64,000 bases of DNA from Chiloscyllium plagiosum (Eukaryota): contig NC_057719.1 in the NCBI RefSeq assembly GCF_004010195.1, positions 40,934,969-40,998,968 on the forward strand. The letters are read 5' to 3'. The notes under the pieces are model-generated. The model was not told the origin of the DNA and did no database searches. It was given only the letters and a program-made list of their open reading frames with translations. Shown in pieces: positions 1 through 12,499 of this stretch (the stretch's first letter is position 1; every line of letters starts with the position of its first letter). A program made the translations under genes and the position numbers.

Positions 1-27
1 TTTAAAGACAATAATGAGATCTGTGAA

Positions 28-234
28 AAGTTAAAAGATCACACAACACCAGGTTATAGTCCAACAGGTTTAATTGGAAGCACACTAGCTTTCGGAGCGC
101 CACTCCTTTATCAGGTGATGAAGGAGCAGCACTCCAAAAGCTAGTGTGCTTCCAATTAAACCTGTTGGACTATAACCTGGTGTTGTGTGATTTTTAACTT
201 TGTATACCCCAGTCAAACGCCAGCAACCCAAATC
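28..234. mobile_element. Penelope-like family A palindromic mini-insertion
   Basis: About 85-bp inverted arms centred near 117, then a unique tail. 14-bp TSD atgagatctgtgaa at 14-27 and 235-248. Same sequence as copies at 1287 and 54447; hammerhead cores degenerate. Confidence 0.8.
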
Positions 235-299
235 ATGAGATCTGTGAAGTCAATGTAGCTCACCAGAGCTGGTAATAATGTGCAAATGTAGTCGCTGCC

Positions 300-560
300 A
301 GTCAAGTCCCATTCAGCTGAGTTTGAACAAAATTATTAACACTGAGAAAGGATTGAAGGCAAGCTGACAGGCTTAGATGCAGAAAAAATGGTTTGGTGAG
401 AATTTAATATGGAGCTGAGATGAGACAATACATTCAAGGACTTGAGGAACAAAGCAAGTTTAAAATTGGGTGGTGTTGAAGAAGATGATGTGACAAGTGG
501 AGACTTTTTGAGGACAACAGTTTTTAAAAATACAAGAAATGGTATCTGGTCAATGAAGAA
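300..560 (-). mobile_element. Highly degenerate L2-like LINE fragment
   Basis: Minus strand resembles the L2 RT-proximal PISNLPFLSKVLE region; very diverged. Confidence 0.35.
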
Positions 561-1145
561 GCCAACAATGAGTTAATTATTAATCATGAGTTTCTTCAGT
601 TGGAATGTAATAAATCCCTTTAGGCTCCACAAACCCAAATTACATATCAAGAGAATCATTGTTGTGAATATCTGTGGAGGTAGTCCTGCTCAATTGCTTA
701 ATTTTAGTCAAAGATCTATAGCAAGACTGGAAAAGAGAATCTGTGGGTCTTAGTTACAATGGATGAACAGAGAACCATATTGGGAATTCAGCTTCCTGTG
801 TATCAAAGTCAACTTTTTTTCCCAATTCTTCTGCAGATCTGTTCTCCTGTTCTTTGCTTGCATTAGTGGATTGGTGATGAAGAAGGAATGAGGGAAGACT
901 GGATTACTGTGATTGAGATCTAGAGGCAGCACATGAAAGGATTTGGAAATAATTTTGCTTTAGCTGTGTTTAAAGTCAATGAATTAAGTGATTAGAGAAT
1001 AAATTAAGGAATTGGGTTTTGTTTATTGTAGGCATATAAATAAGCAGTAATCTGTACTTATCATATGAGAGAGTTACAAATGTAACTAAACATGGGGGAG
1101 ATACAACTGGTGGCTACACAACTGTTATGGCCCAGTGTTCTAGGT

Positions 1146-1208
1146 AGGGTGGTGCTGGAAAAGCACAGCAGGTCAGCCAGCAGCTGAGGATTAGGAAAGT
1201 TGACTTTT
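1146..1208 (-). mobile_element. Penelope-like family B short fragment
   Basis: gtggtgctggaaaagcacagcaggtcag matches the reverse complement of the 9800-9855 tail. Confidence 0.65.
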
Positions 1209-1286
1209 GCTTAGTTGTGAAATAAGGATTGTGGGCAAAAGTAACAATTATTAATCAAGATTAGCAAGAGTCCAGTCACCTAAATA

Positions 1287-1529
1287 ATCACCTAACAGAT
1301 GAAAGGCTTAACAGACAATCAATTTTTCAATGTATAATTTCAGTTACATCACACTGTAAATTTTTGTTATAAATTCTGTGTGTTAGGATTGAGCCCTCCA
1401 CTACCACCTGATGAAGGAGCGACGCTCCGAAAGCTAGTGTGCTTCCAATTAAACCTGTTGGACTATAACCTGGTGTTGTGTGATTTTTAACTTTGTACAC
1501 CCCAGTCCAACACCGGCATCTCCAAATCA
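1287..1529 (+). mobile_element. Penelope-like family A 3' end, single arm
   Basis: 10-bp TSD cacctaaata at 1277-1286 and 1530-1539. Contains the intact hammerhead motif and the same tail (ctccaaatca) as the 28 and 54447 copies. Confidence 0.8.
1404..1441 (+). ncRNA. Minimal type I hammerhead ribozyme motif (PLE family A)
   Basis: cac-CTGATGA(1408-1414)-A-GGAGC gac GCTCC-GAAA(1429-1432)-GC-TA-gtg. Stem I cac/gtg, 5-bp stem II, palindromic AGCT in place of stem III. Confidence 0.72.
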
Positions 1530-4138
1530 CACCTAAATATGAGTCAATTGGAAGTAAAAACCAGTTGGGGTAGTATTTGTGAAACATGCGTATGACAAGG
1601 GCAGGGTTATCCATCTCTGGAACAATAAATGAACAGCTTTAATAAGAACAATCTGTTTAAACATACAGCACTTTGCAAATGCGTTGTTTATACAACTTCT
1701 CCTTTGAAAGGTTACTAAATTAAAAAGTTCAAGGGCCAGATTTTTTTTTGTGTCCGTCAACATTCCAGCAAAACTGAGACAAGGCTTAGAGGCATATCCT
1801 GCTCCCTTCCATTTCACAATGGGAGTACAATGGATTGTCTAAAATACATTATCCCCATGTTTGTGGGCAAAGCAACTTTAAATAAGAGAATTGTTGTCCT
1901 AAACTTATTTTTCAGCAGTTACCTGACTTAATGCTGGATGTAAGGAGTTAGTTAGGTCTCAGTGTTTAGTCGTTCATGGAGATTTCCTTCAATGTTGTTC
2001 AGCTAATTAAATAATTCTCAACCCTATCAACAGTGAGAAAAATTTTGACCAGAAAATAACTTCAAGTAGAAATTCCTTTCCTTCTTCTGTTCTGCCTGAT
2101 CCAGTCAGTTGAAATTCCTCAGCAAAGATCAGAGATATCTCCAATACTGCAATCAAATTACCCTGCAACTAGACGTTTGGTGAGGGTTAGAGGCATCTTT
2201 GTGGTGGGATGACTGCCAAGCAGAAAATCCAGGTCTAAAGGTTCAATATTTTTGTGAGGACTTGAAGTTCCATTAATATTTTCCAGTGTTTGTGCTGCCA
2301 GTAATTTTCTCTCAGTGGAAATGAAGAGAGAACAGGAAGTTTACAAACAAAATATTGTGATCTGCTATAAGATTTATCAAATATCAGTCTTTGCTGTATT
2401 AAAGCAATTTTCAAGATTGTGTGCACAGATCCAGCCACAGAGGGCAGAGGTCTTTGGCACCACCATGTTCGGGATTGGAGGCAGGTGAAGGCATGGAAAT
2501 ACCAGCGCCAGTTTGTGTGTCAGTTTGGTGACTTTCTGTTGTCAGCCATTTTGGGCCAGCTTCAGGGTGCAGAGGGCTACCTGCACCATGAGGCAGTGAA
2601 CCAATGAGATTCATTAAAAGCCTTGTAGAAGGCCCTATAAAGAGGACACCTGAAAAAAACCCAGTATGCCTGGAGTTTTACAACACAATATGGGGGCTGT
2701 TCAACTGCTTGGTGGAATCACTGATTCAGCTAGGCTCACAAGTTTAATTGTGTCCAGGTGTAAGTGCAGGCAAAGCAGATCCTGTTCGAGGATCTCCTCC
2801 ACTCTACCACATCACACTCCACCTCCATGTTCCACATTGATGGGGAGTGGCTGCTTAGTTATTAGATATTTTAAAATGCTGCTGAGCATATTTGTTCATG
2901 TCAAATTTCCCTCTTGGTTATTTCCCCTTTACAGATACCTTCCACTTCTCTTGAGCTGGATGGCCATGAGAACCAGCTTTGAGAACTAGCTGTTTATTGG
3001 ACATGAAACAGGTCCCCAGGCCAACTCCATGAAAATCCCAGCTCAGTGACTATTTCTTCCTGCAGTGGATTTCAAACCCAGAAGTTCCAACTTCTATTTC
3101 CTGCCCTCAACTCAAAATGTCAGTTGAAGAGTGTTCTGTTGCTTTGCTTAGACTGTTCATCCAGTTTGAAAACTCTGTGGGCTAAACCCTCAGCTTCTCA
3201 CAGAAGATTGTTTTTCCAACTAAAACTGTTACTAATATTCTGATCGCCACAGAAATGGATACATTTTAAAAAGAGACTTAACTTCCAGTTATCAGCTAAA
3301 GGAATGATGAAAGAAGATTTCACATTATTAAATTTAATTTTACAAAATGCCTGAAAGCGCTATTGAGTCAATCCTATTTTTGTTTTGTAGGCAACTTACA
3401 CCTTAAACCTCAAAGTAATGTTCCACTTTTATACTTAACACCTAATTCACTCTCTACAGAATTACAGTCCTTTTAATAAACTGTCCACAATTGTTCCCAG
3501 CTGCCAATGGGTTCCCTTGTGCCTGTTTTGTAGACTAATAACTTTAAGAGAACATTTTCAGGTGCTTTCCTCAGTTCTTAGACAGTTCCTTAAGTCTATC
3601 AACAGTAGTAAAGTCTGTTCTGATGATTCTTTTTCCCCTGAGGTAAATGTCCTTGAATCAGTACAGGCTAGACAGATTCTCTCTTCAATTAGAAACCATT
3701 TCCCTTCTGTGTGTAGCTGTGGTAGCTTGCATAGCTCAGTAGGCTTCCTTTTGACTGACCACAGGACTGCTACTTGTCAGTGACATCCCTTGATTTATAG
3801 AGAAACCTATAACCTGATCTCAAAAAGGCTTCATCTGCCATCTTCATCATGTCATGTGCATTTTGCAAAGTCATCTGCCCAAATAAATCAGCAGATGCCT
3901 CCACCCATGTCTGATATTATTGTTAAACAGGATATGCATGGATGAGACCAAATGGGACAAGACTGATCTTTGTGAATTTGCTTGGATAGCCAGGGTATCC
4001 CCTTTGGAGATCAGGTACTCTGTTGGATATAATTCTGGGAAACATTTGGTAAAGGTTAGATTTCCTTTGAGAGAAGAAAGTTGCCATTTGGGATTTTAAA
4101 AAGTTGGTAAGATGGTGCGTAGTGCATAACCACATTGG

Positions 4139-4305
4139 AACTGTGGAGCTGAACTGTCAAAAGGAACCATCAAACTGAACTACTACCTTCATTGTTAGAA
4201 GCAAATATCAAGCTGAACTGTCAAAAGAAATTGTCAAAAAGAATTATCAAAGTCAACTGTCAAAATCAACTATCACGCTGAATATCAAAAAGAACTAACA
4301 AGCCA
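4139..4305. repeat. Degenerate tandem array of aact(g/a)tcaaaag-like units
   Basis: Recurrent gctgaactgtcaaaag, aattgtcaaaaag, aactgtcaaaa and aactatca units at irregular spacing. Confidence 0.55.
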
Positions 4306-4584
4306 TCAAGACATTTAAAATTTTTGCCTTTTAAATATTTTTTAAAAAATTATAACAAGTGAGTTACTGCTCTCAATTTTACACTATCTGCCATGCTGCA
4401 TGACAGATTTTGTAACCTTATATTATCACAGCCAGGTGCCTACAATTACATAGTTTGAATAACTCTCTAAGTGATTATAGAACCTTTTGAATTTAATTTG
4501 TATGCATGTTCCAATAAGGTATAAATAAAAGTTTAACATGATGAGTTTAAAAAAAGGTTTTTGTAATGGTGATTTTTTCAATAA

Positions 4585-5187
4585 ATACTCGAGGCTTTTA
4601 TTGGTCAGAACACTGAGTACAGAATTTGGGAGGTCATGTTGCGGCTGTCCAGGACATTGGTTAGGCCACTTTTAGAATATTGTGTGCAATTCTGGTCTCT
4701 CTTCCATAGGAAGATGTTGTGAAATTTGGAAGAGTTCAGAAACGATTTGCCAAGTTTGGAGAGTTTGAGCTACAGGGAGAAGCTGAATAGACTGGGGCTG
4801 TTTTCCTTGGAGCATCAAAGGCTGAAGGATGACCTTATAGAAGTTTATAAAGTCATGAGGTGCATGGATAATGTAATAGACAAGGTATTTTCCCTGGGGT
4901 GGAGGAGTCCAGAAGTACAGCGCATAGGTTTAAGGTGAGAGGGGAAGGATTTAAGAGGGACGTAAGGGGCAACCTTTTTATGCAGAGAGTGGTGTGTGTT
5001 TGGAATGAGCTGCTGGAGAAAGTGGTGGAGGCTGATACACTTACAGCATTTAAAAGCTGTCTGGATGGGTATATGAATAGAAATGGTTGAGAGGGATATA
5101 GGCTAAGAGCTAGTTTAATTTGGATATCTAGTTGGCATGGACAAGTTCAACCGAATGGTCCATACTGTACATCTTTATGATTCTATA
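4585..5187 (+). mobile_element. CR1 LINE 3' fragment
   Basis: Broken LEYCVQFWS, LNRLGLFSLE, DLIEVYK and FMQRVVCVWNEL motifs; atgattctat tail. Confidence 0.9.
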
Positions 5188-7019
5188 GCTTTATTTCACC
5201 TCATCTTAGCATGAGCTCTGAGGTGTGTCTCTAATTGATACTCGATGTAAGGTTGTAAGGTGTAAGGGGTTATGGGTTGGGATAAGTTCACAATGTTGGC
5301 ATAATGGCTGTAAAGGTTGAGGGACCATGGGGGTGGGTAGAGGGATTTTGGTTGTCATGGAGAGTGGGCAAGTGGAGTATGAAGCGTATGGTGGGAGGGC
5401 ATGGGGAGAGATATATTGGCATTATGAATGTGTGGGCTGGAGAGTGGTAAGGAATGGAAGGCTTTTTTTTATTCTGGTGCTTTATAGAAAATCTTTGACG
5501 AAGTCCTGGCACATGAGGCCTTTTCCCAGACCATCCCTGAACCTGGCAGCATCTGTGCTGTTTCAAGGGTCGCCCATGGGTTTGTGAAATAAGGAATTGA
5601 CTTTGCGCCTACAGTGTTGAACCTCCATGCCTCCTCACTGCAAATATCTGCCAATGTCTCTTGTCTATCTTAGGTTTCAGAAAGACTATCTGATCCATCC
5701 ATTGATCTCGAAGAATCCAACCACCCGTCAGGCAGACTGCAGAATAGATTACATGGTCCATGTTTATTTATCTGAAACTTAATGCCACAATTCCTTAATT
5801 TATATTAACCTAATAAACCTCATCATTGGAACATTAGACTCAATCTTGAACATGAAGTAAGTTTTCCCTGGAGATTTTCCTGATTGTTCCCTTTTCTCAA
5901 TGGTTTCTGTGAGAAATGCTAGACAATGAATAAAGAACAGTACAGCACAGGACAAGCTCTGTGGCCTGTATGATTTTATGATTCTATGACTTTAAATTTT
6001 GCCATGTACTACTTTTATCTTGACCTGGAAGTTACACATTTTTCCATTCACTCTAACTTTCAAACTAAATTTTCAAAAGAGAAACAGAAGGTCGTGTTGA
6101 TTGGCATTTCCTTTTACAACACTTGAACTTAAAACATTATGTTCTGATTAATAGTGCTGATGTTTCAGATTTCTGAATTGTACTGTTACCTTAGAAAACC
6201 TTTTCAAATTATAAGCATCCAGGTCATTTGTTGAATTATGGATTAATTGGATGCACCAAATGATAATATTTAATTATTAGCGATTCTGCACCAACCAGAT
6301 TCAATTAGTGCATGATATTAAACTTATATCTGGTTGAGCTTTACATATTTACATATTCATTTTTGATGTAAATAAAATAAAATATTATTGTATCTGCATG
6401 CTTGTCTTCCTTGTAAGACAATGTAATTACTTTATTACTATTAAAAATGACTTTCTACATTAAAATCCCACCTACACGTGCTAAGAATATGCAAATCCTT
6501 TAATGGTAAAATTTTCTCAATTCAGACAGTGCACCTACAGGAAGGTCAACTCTCATTATATGCTTTAAAATTTAAAAAAAAATTAACTGAAATGTGAGAT
6601 GCAAATTGCCCTTCTAAATGTAAGTCCCCATGGGTTGAGCTGTTGATAGTAGACAGTTGTACAAATGAAGTCAAATGCCATGGCCTGCTAATTATATACC
6701 ATGCCCTTTTTGCACTTTTCAATCTATCTATTAATGGTTGCTGAGAAAGAATGACAAAGAGTATTGTGTTGGACTGTTTGTTCATTTCTGGCACTTAAGC
6801 CATTTTGTCCATGGTGATCACCTTAGACTATGCGTATGTAAATAACTTAAATTTTCAAAATTTGGCAGCATGTAAAAGATTGGAAGAGGAAAACATTCCT
6901 TTTTGTTTGTTGTAGTATTTAACCTGATCAAGGTATGATTGTGTTAATTAGCAATACTCATCTTGGAGATTAAAATCAGAACTCAGGACTGCTCCAACAA
7001 GAGGCTGGGAGTCCAGACA

Positions 7020-8332
7020 GAAAGGCAGAAGGAAACAATGCAGAGCGCAGATCAAAAGTTAGAAAAATAAAATAAAATTGGGTGACAGGATCACATGCAA
7101 AAGACAGGGCAATTGCTAAATTCTAAAGGGACAATAAGTGTAAGGGGCACTTTATCTAAATGCCCATAGTATTCAAAACAAAGTTGATGAACTTGTGCAA
7201 ATCAGAGAGGAGTATGATTTAGTTGCCATTACAGAAACGTGATTGCAGGGTGGTGATGACTGGGAATTAAATATCCAAGGGTATCAGGTAATTAGGAAGG
7301 ATGCAGGAAGGTAAGGGAGGTGGGGTTGTGCTCATAATTAAATTTGAGATTAGGACTATAGGGAGACAATATAGGATCTAAGGAGCAACATGTTGAATCC
7401 ATTTGAGTGGAAATCAGGAATAATAATAGGAAGAAGTCACTGATGGGAGTAGTCTATAGGCCACCCAATTATAATGCTGCAGTGGGACAGGCAATCAATC
7501 AAGAAATATCTGACGCATGTAAGAATGGAACGGTAATAGTCATGGGGGACTTTAAAATGCACGTTGATTGGCCGGATCAAGTCGGTAGAAGCAGTCTTGA
7601 AGAGGAGTTCACAGAACTCATCCATGATAACTTTCTTGAACAGCATGTTACCAAACCTAATAGGGAGCGTGCAATCTTGGATCTGGTCCTGTGTAGTGAG
7701 ACAGGTAAAATTAATTATCTCGTTGTTAGGATCCTCTCAGAAAGAGTGACCACAGTATGATCAAATTTGTGATACAAATGGAGGGTGAAATAGTATCATC
7801 TAAAACCAGGGTGTTATGCTTAAACAAGGGAGACTATAATGGGATGAGGAAGGAGTTGGCTAAATTAGACTGGGAATACAAATTATATGGTGGAACAGTT
7901 GAGGAACAGTGGATAACTTTCAAAGAGATTTTTCACAGTGCTTAAGGTAAGTATGTTCCAGTCAAAAACAAGAATAACAAGGGTAGGAGGAGCCAGCCTT
8001 TGATAGCCAAGGACGTTAAAAAGCAACAAAGAACCTCAAATTAAACAATAAAGAAAAAAAAAATAGATTCTGGATGCAAACTAGCATAGAATATAAAAAC
8101 AAGTTGGAAAAGTTTTTATAAATATATAAAACAGAAAGGGTACCTAAAGTGGACGTAGGTCCCTTGCAGGATGAAAAAGGGGAATTAATTTTGGTCATGC
8201 TGAAACAGCCGAGGCCTTTAATAACTGTTTTGTATCAGTGTTCGCAATGGAAGATGTGTCTAACATGCCGAAGAATGATGTTAAGGACACGATGGGAGGT
8301 GAGGACCTCAATTCAATAGTTATCACTAAAGG
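7020..8332 (+). mobile_element. CR1 LINE ORF2 5' part (APE endonuclease), degenerate; interrupted by a PLE
   Basis: YLNAHSI, AITET, GVVYRPPN, VMGDF and AILDLVL motifs across frameshifts; continues at 9899. Confidence 0.9.
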
Positions 8333-8789
8333 ATAGTATCTTCACCATGGATATCCAATCCCTCTACACCTCCATCCGCCATGACCAGGGGCTCCAAGCC
8401 CTCCATTTCTCCCTCTCCCGATGTCCCCAACAGTACCCTTCCACCGACACTCTCATTAGTTTGGCTGAACTGGTCCTCACTCTTAACAATTTCTCCTTCG
8501 AATCCTCCCACTTCCTCCAGATCAAAGGGGTAGCCATGGGCACCTGTATGGGCCCCAGCTATGTCTGTCTCTTTGTTGGCTACGTAAAACAGTCCATCTT
8601 CTGTAGTTACACCTGCACCACTCCCCACCTCTTCCTCCGCTACATTGATGACTGCATTGGCGCCACCTCATGCTCCCGTGAGGAGGTTGAGCAATTCATC
8701 AACTTCACCAACACATTCCACCCTGACCTTAAATTTACCTGGACCATCTCTGACACCTCCCTCCCCTTCCTGGACCTCTCCAACTCCAT

Positions 8790-9745
8790 NNNNNNNNNNN
8801 NNNNNNNNNNNNNNNNNNNNNNNNNNNNNNNNNNNNNNNNNNNNNNNNNNNNNNNNNNNNNNNNNNNNNNNNNNNNNNNNNNNNNNNNNNNNNNNNNNNN
8901 NNNNNNNNNNNNNNNNNNNNNNNNNNNNNNNNNNNNNNNNNNNNNNNNNNNNNNNNNNNNNNNNNNNNNNNNNNNNNNNNNNNNNNNNNNNNNNNNNNNN
9001 NNNNNNNNNNNNNNNNNNNNNNNNNNNNNNNNNNNNNNNNNNNNNNNNNNNNNNNNNNNNNNNNNNNNNNNNNNNNNNNNNNNNNNNNNNNNNNNNNNNN
9101 NNNNNNNNNNNNNNNNNNNNNNNNNNNNNNNNNNNNNNNNNNNNNNNNNNNNNNNNNNNNNNNNNNNNNNNNNNNNNNNNNNNNNNNNNNNNNNNNNNNN
9201 NNNNNNNNNNNNNNNNNNNNNNNNNNNNNNNNNNNNNNNNNNNNNNNNNNNNNNNNNNNNNNNNNNNNNNNNNNNNNNNNNNNNNNNNNNNNNNNNNNNN
9301 NNNNNNNNNNNNNNNNNNNNNNNNNNNNNNNNNNNNNNNNNNNNNNNNNNNNNNNNNNNNNNNNNNNNNNNNNNNNNNNNNNNNNNNNNNNNNNNNNNNN
9401 NNNNNNNNNNNNNNNNNNNNNNNNNNNNNNNNNNNNNNNNNNNNNNNNNNNNNNNNNNNNNNNNNNNNNNNNNNNNNNNNNNNNNNNNNNNNNNNNNNNN
9501 NNNNNNNNNNNNNNNNNNNNNNNNNNNNNNNNNNNNNNNNNNNNNNNNNNNNNNNNNNNNNNNNNNNNNNNNNNNNNNNNNNNNNNNNNNNNNNNNNNNN
9601 NNNNNNNNNNNNNNNNNNNNNNNNNNNNNNNNNNNNNNNNNNNNNNNNNNNNNNNNNNNNNNNNNNNNNNNNNNNNNNNNNNNNNNNNNNNNNNNNNNNN
9701 NNNNNNNNNNNNNNNNNNNNNNNNNNNNNNNNNNNNNNNNNNNNN
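8790..9745. other. Assembly gap (956 N)
   Basis: Run of n. Confidence 1.
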
Positions 9746-9763
9746 CCTGCAGGCACTCTGCCT

Positions 9764-9803
9764 CTATTCCTGATGAAGGGCTTTTGCCCGAAACATCGAT
9801 TTT
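9764..9803 (+). ncRNA. Minimal hammerhead ribozyme motif (PLE family B)
   Basis: CTGATGA(9770-9776)-A-GGGC tttt GCCC-GAAA-C-ATC-gat. Other copies have GAAACGTC, so ATC looks like CpG decay. Confidence 0.68.
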
Positions 9804-9898
9804 CCTGCTTCTCGGATGCTGCCTGAACTGCTGTGCTTTTCCAGCACCACTCTAATATTGAATCTGGTTTCCAGCATCTGCAGTCCTTGTTTTTACCT

Positions 9899-11260
9899 AG
9901 GGTTGGAATTGAGCCAACTTGAGGGTCTAAAGGTAGATAAGTCCTCTGGTCCTGATGGAATGCATCCCAGGGTGCTGATAGAAATGGCGGAAATTATAGT
10001 GGATGCGTTAGTAGTAATTTATCAAAATTCAGTGGACTCTGGGCAGGTCCCAGTGGACTGGAAGACAGCGAATGTCACACCACTGTTTAAAAAAGGGTGT
10101 AGGCAAAAGGCAGGCAGCGCAGCTATAGGACAGTTAACTTAATATCTGTAGTTGGGGAAATGCTGGAGGCTATCATTAAAGAAGAAATTCTGTGACGTCT
10201 GGATGGAAAGGGCTCCATCAGGCAGATGCAGCATGGATTCAGGAAGGGAAGGTCTTGTTTGACAAACTTACTGAAGTTCTTTGTGTATGTAACAAGCATG
10301 TGGATGGAGGGGAACAGTTGGATGTTGTGTACTTGGATTTCCAGAAGGCGTTCGATAAGGGGCCACATAAAAAACTCATCCATAAGGTAAGAATACATGG
10401 AGTTGCGGAGAATGTACTAGCATGGGTAGAGGACTGGCAAACCAATAGAAAGCAGAGAGTTGGAATAAATGGGTGTTTCTCTGATTGGAGATCAGTGGTG
10501 AGCGGGGTGCCAGAGGGGTCAGTGTTGGACTCACAAATGTTTGTGATAAATAAATGATTTAGAAGAGGAGGCTGAGTGTAATGTATCCAAGTTGGTTGAT
10601 GACACTAACTTGAGTGGAAAGGCAGACAGTGCAGAGGATGTGGAGGGTCTGCAGAGAGATTTAGATAGGTTAAGTGAGTGGGCAACAGGCTGGAGATAGA
10701 GTATAATGCTGGTAAATGTGAGGTTATCCACTTTGTAAGTAAAAACAGTAGGTCAAAGTATTATTTAAATGGTGAAAGATTGCAGCATGCCATTGTGCAG
10801 AGGGACCTAGGAGTGCTCAAACACGAATCGCTAAGAGTTGATTTGCAGGTGCAACAGGTAATCAGGAATGCAAATGGAATATTGGCTTTCATTGCTAGAA
10901 GGATAGAATTTAGGAGAGCAGGGAGGGATAGATAAGATAGAGGCAGGCAAGTTGTTTCCACTGGTGGCTGAGACTAGGACTCGGAGACATGGCATCACGA
11001 TTAGGCGGAGTAGATTTAGAACAGAGATGAGAAGGAACTGCTTCTCTCAGAGAGTAATGGATCTGTGGAATTCTCTGCCCAAGGAAGCAGTTGAGGTAGC
11101 TTCATTAAGTATATTCAAGACACAGTTGGATAGATTTTTGCATGGTAGGGGAATTATGGGTTATGGGGATAATGCAGGTAGGAGAAACTGAGATGATGGA
11201 TAGATCAGCCATGATCTTAATGGGCCAAATGGCCTACTCCTGATTCTATTACTATGCTAC
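9899..11260 (+). mobile_element. CR1 LINE ORF2 RT and 3' end (continuation of 7020-8332)
   Basis: KSSGPDGMHPRVL, DWKTANVTPLFKKG, YLDFQKAFDK, SGVPEGSVL and FSQRVMDLWNSLP; internal deletion near 10915. Confidence 0.92.
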
Positions 11261-12453
11261 TGTGAAACTTCAAGTTTAACTTGGTACATTTCACACATTC
11301 TGATGAAGGGAGGGAAATATTGACCAATTTCTGTTGGAACATAGATTTAAAATAATCACATTGGATAATATTCTTTTGTTTAGCAGCTTTTACAAATCCT
11401 GAGAGAATTATTTTGGTATTTAATCTACTTGTTCAATACTGTACAGAATAATACATAGTTTAGCTCAAAACAGATCAATTCATTCAGGGCAGTTGAAAAA
11501 TGGTGCACACATGCTAATACTTTAGGAGGAATATGAAGACAAATACATACTGGGGTAACTTTAGGCTGAGGCCAGTGGCAGTGAAGGTTAACTCTGGAGG
11601 GGAGGGGGAGTGTTTGGTTAACCTGGGAGGGGGAGGCAGATAATCCTGGGGGATTGGAGAGAGGTTGATCTCAGGGCAGGGAGGAAGTAGGTGTGCCTGG
11701 GTTTAATCAGTCGGGGAAAGGGACAGAAATTGGTTGGGCTGTCAATCCCGGGCTTGGGGAGGAGGTTGGGATGGAATAAGAGGCAAGGGTGGGGGGTCCA
11801 GAGAGAGGGGAATCAGAGGCCTCATGGTCAAGGAGAGGTTGTGCATTCAAGTGAGAGGACTGGAGGCCATGTGAGGTGGATTTGAGGTTGAGAAGATTGT
11901 GCTCAATGGTCAATAGTGAGGTTAAGGTTCTCTGCCTTGTTACCTCAGTCAGACATAATAAATCTAGGAGGAAGGTGCAAAGTCATTCACCTCCTGTTTT
12001 AGCAAAGTGCCAAACTGAATGTCACTGCCCATTTCTTGATGCCTATGAAACCATAGCCAAATCACAGCTGATATGAAGTACCAGGCTCTTTTCTGTCAGT
12101 GGATTAGCTGCTCACTCAGTTTTCAACATCAGTTAAATCTGAAATGGGTGGGGGGTGGGGGGTTTGTTGGTAGATTTGGGTTTGGAATATGATTTTTAAG
12201 ATTTAAACACTCCCCATCAAGCCTATACTGTCTTTATTTTTGGACTGTTGGAGCCCTGTTGCTCCCAGACCCTAAAATGGTGACCAAATGGCAAGCTTCA
12301 CCAGTGTGGACAACTTACAGTATAATTCCACACACTTTAAATTTGTTTCTGTTAAGGAGACAAGTAGAAAGGCAATCCAAGTGGATTGTTGCACTTCCAG
12401 TGACAAGAAGCAAGTTATTTACTGATGAAATAATTTCAATGAAAATAGAAAAT

Positions 12454-12499
12454 GCATAAGATACTTAGTAGATCAAGCATAAGATACTTAGCAGATCAA
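12454..12499. repeat. 23-bp tandem duplication
   Basis: gcataagatacttag(t/c)agatcaa twice. Confidence 0.85.

Larger units (their letters stand above)
8336..9898 (+). mobile_element. Penelope-like retroelement (family B), 5'-truncated, with RT, spanning the gap
   Basis: Open frame MDIQSLYTSI...LTLNNFSF...QIKGVAMGTCMGPSY...LRYIDD...LPFLDL, which are PLE RT motifs. After the gap comes the hammerhead-bearing family B tail. Linkage across the gap is inferred. Confidence 0.88.

Noticed and set aside
5200..5700. GC-richer segment with overlapping short ORFs
   Set aside because: Probably a decayed element, but I found no motif to classify it.
8347..9855. ORFs of 502, 393 and 362 aa in the track
   Set aside because: Their length comes from reading through N. 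Only the first approximately 147 codons of the 8347 frame (PLE RT) are real.
11300..11330. CTGATGAAGGG...GAAATATTGAC
   Set aside because: May be a decayed PLE tail, but it has no stem II, no recognisable arm and no TSD.
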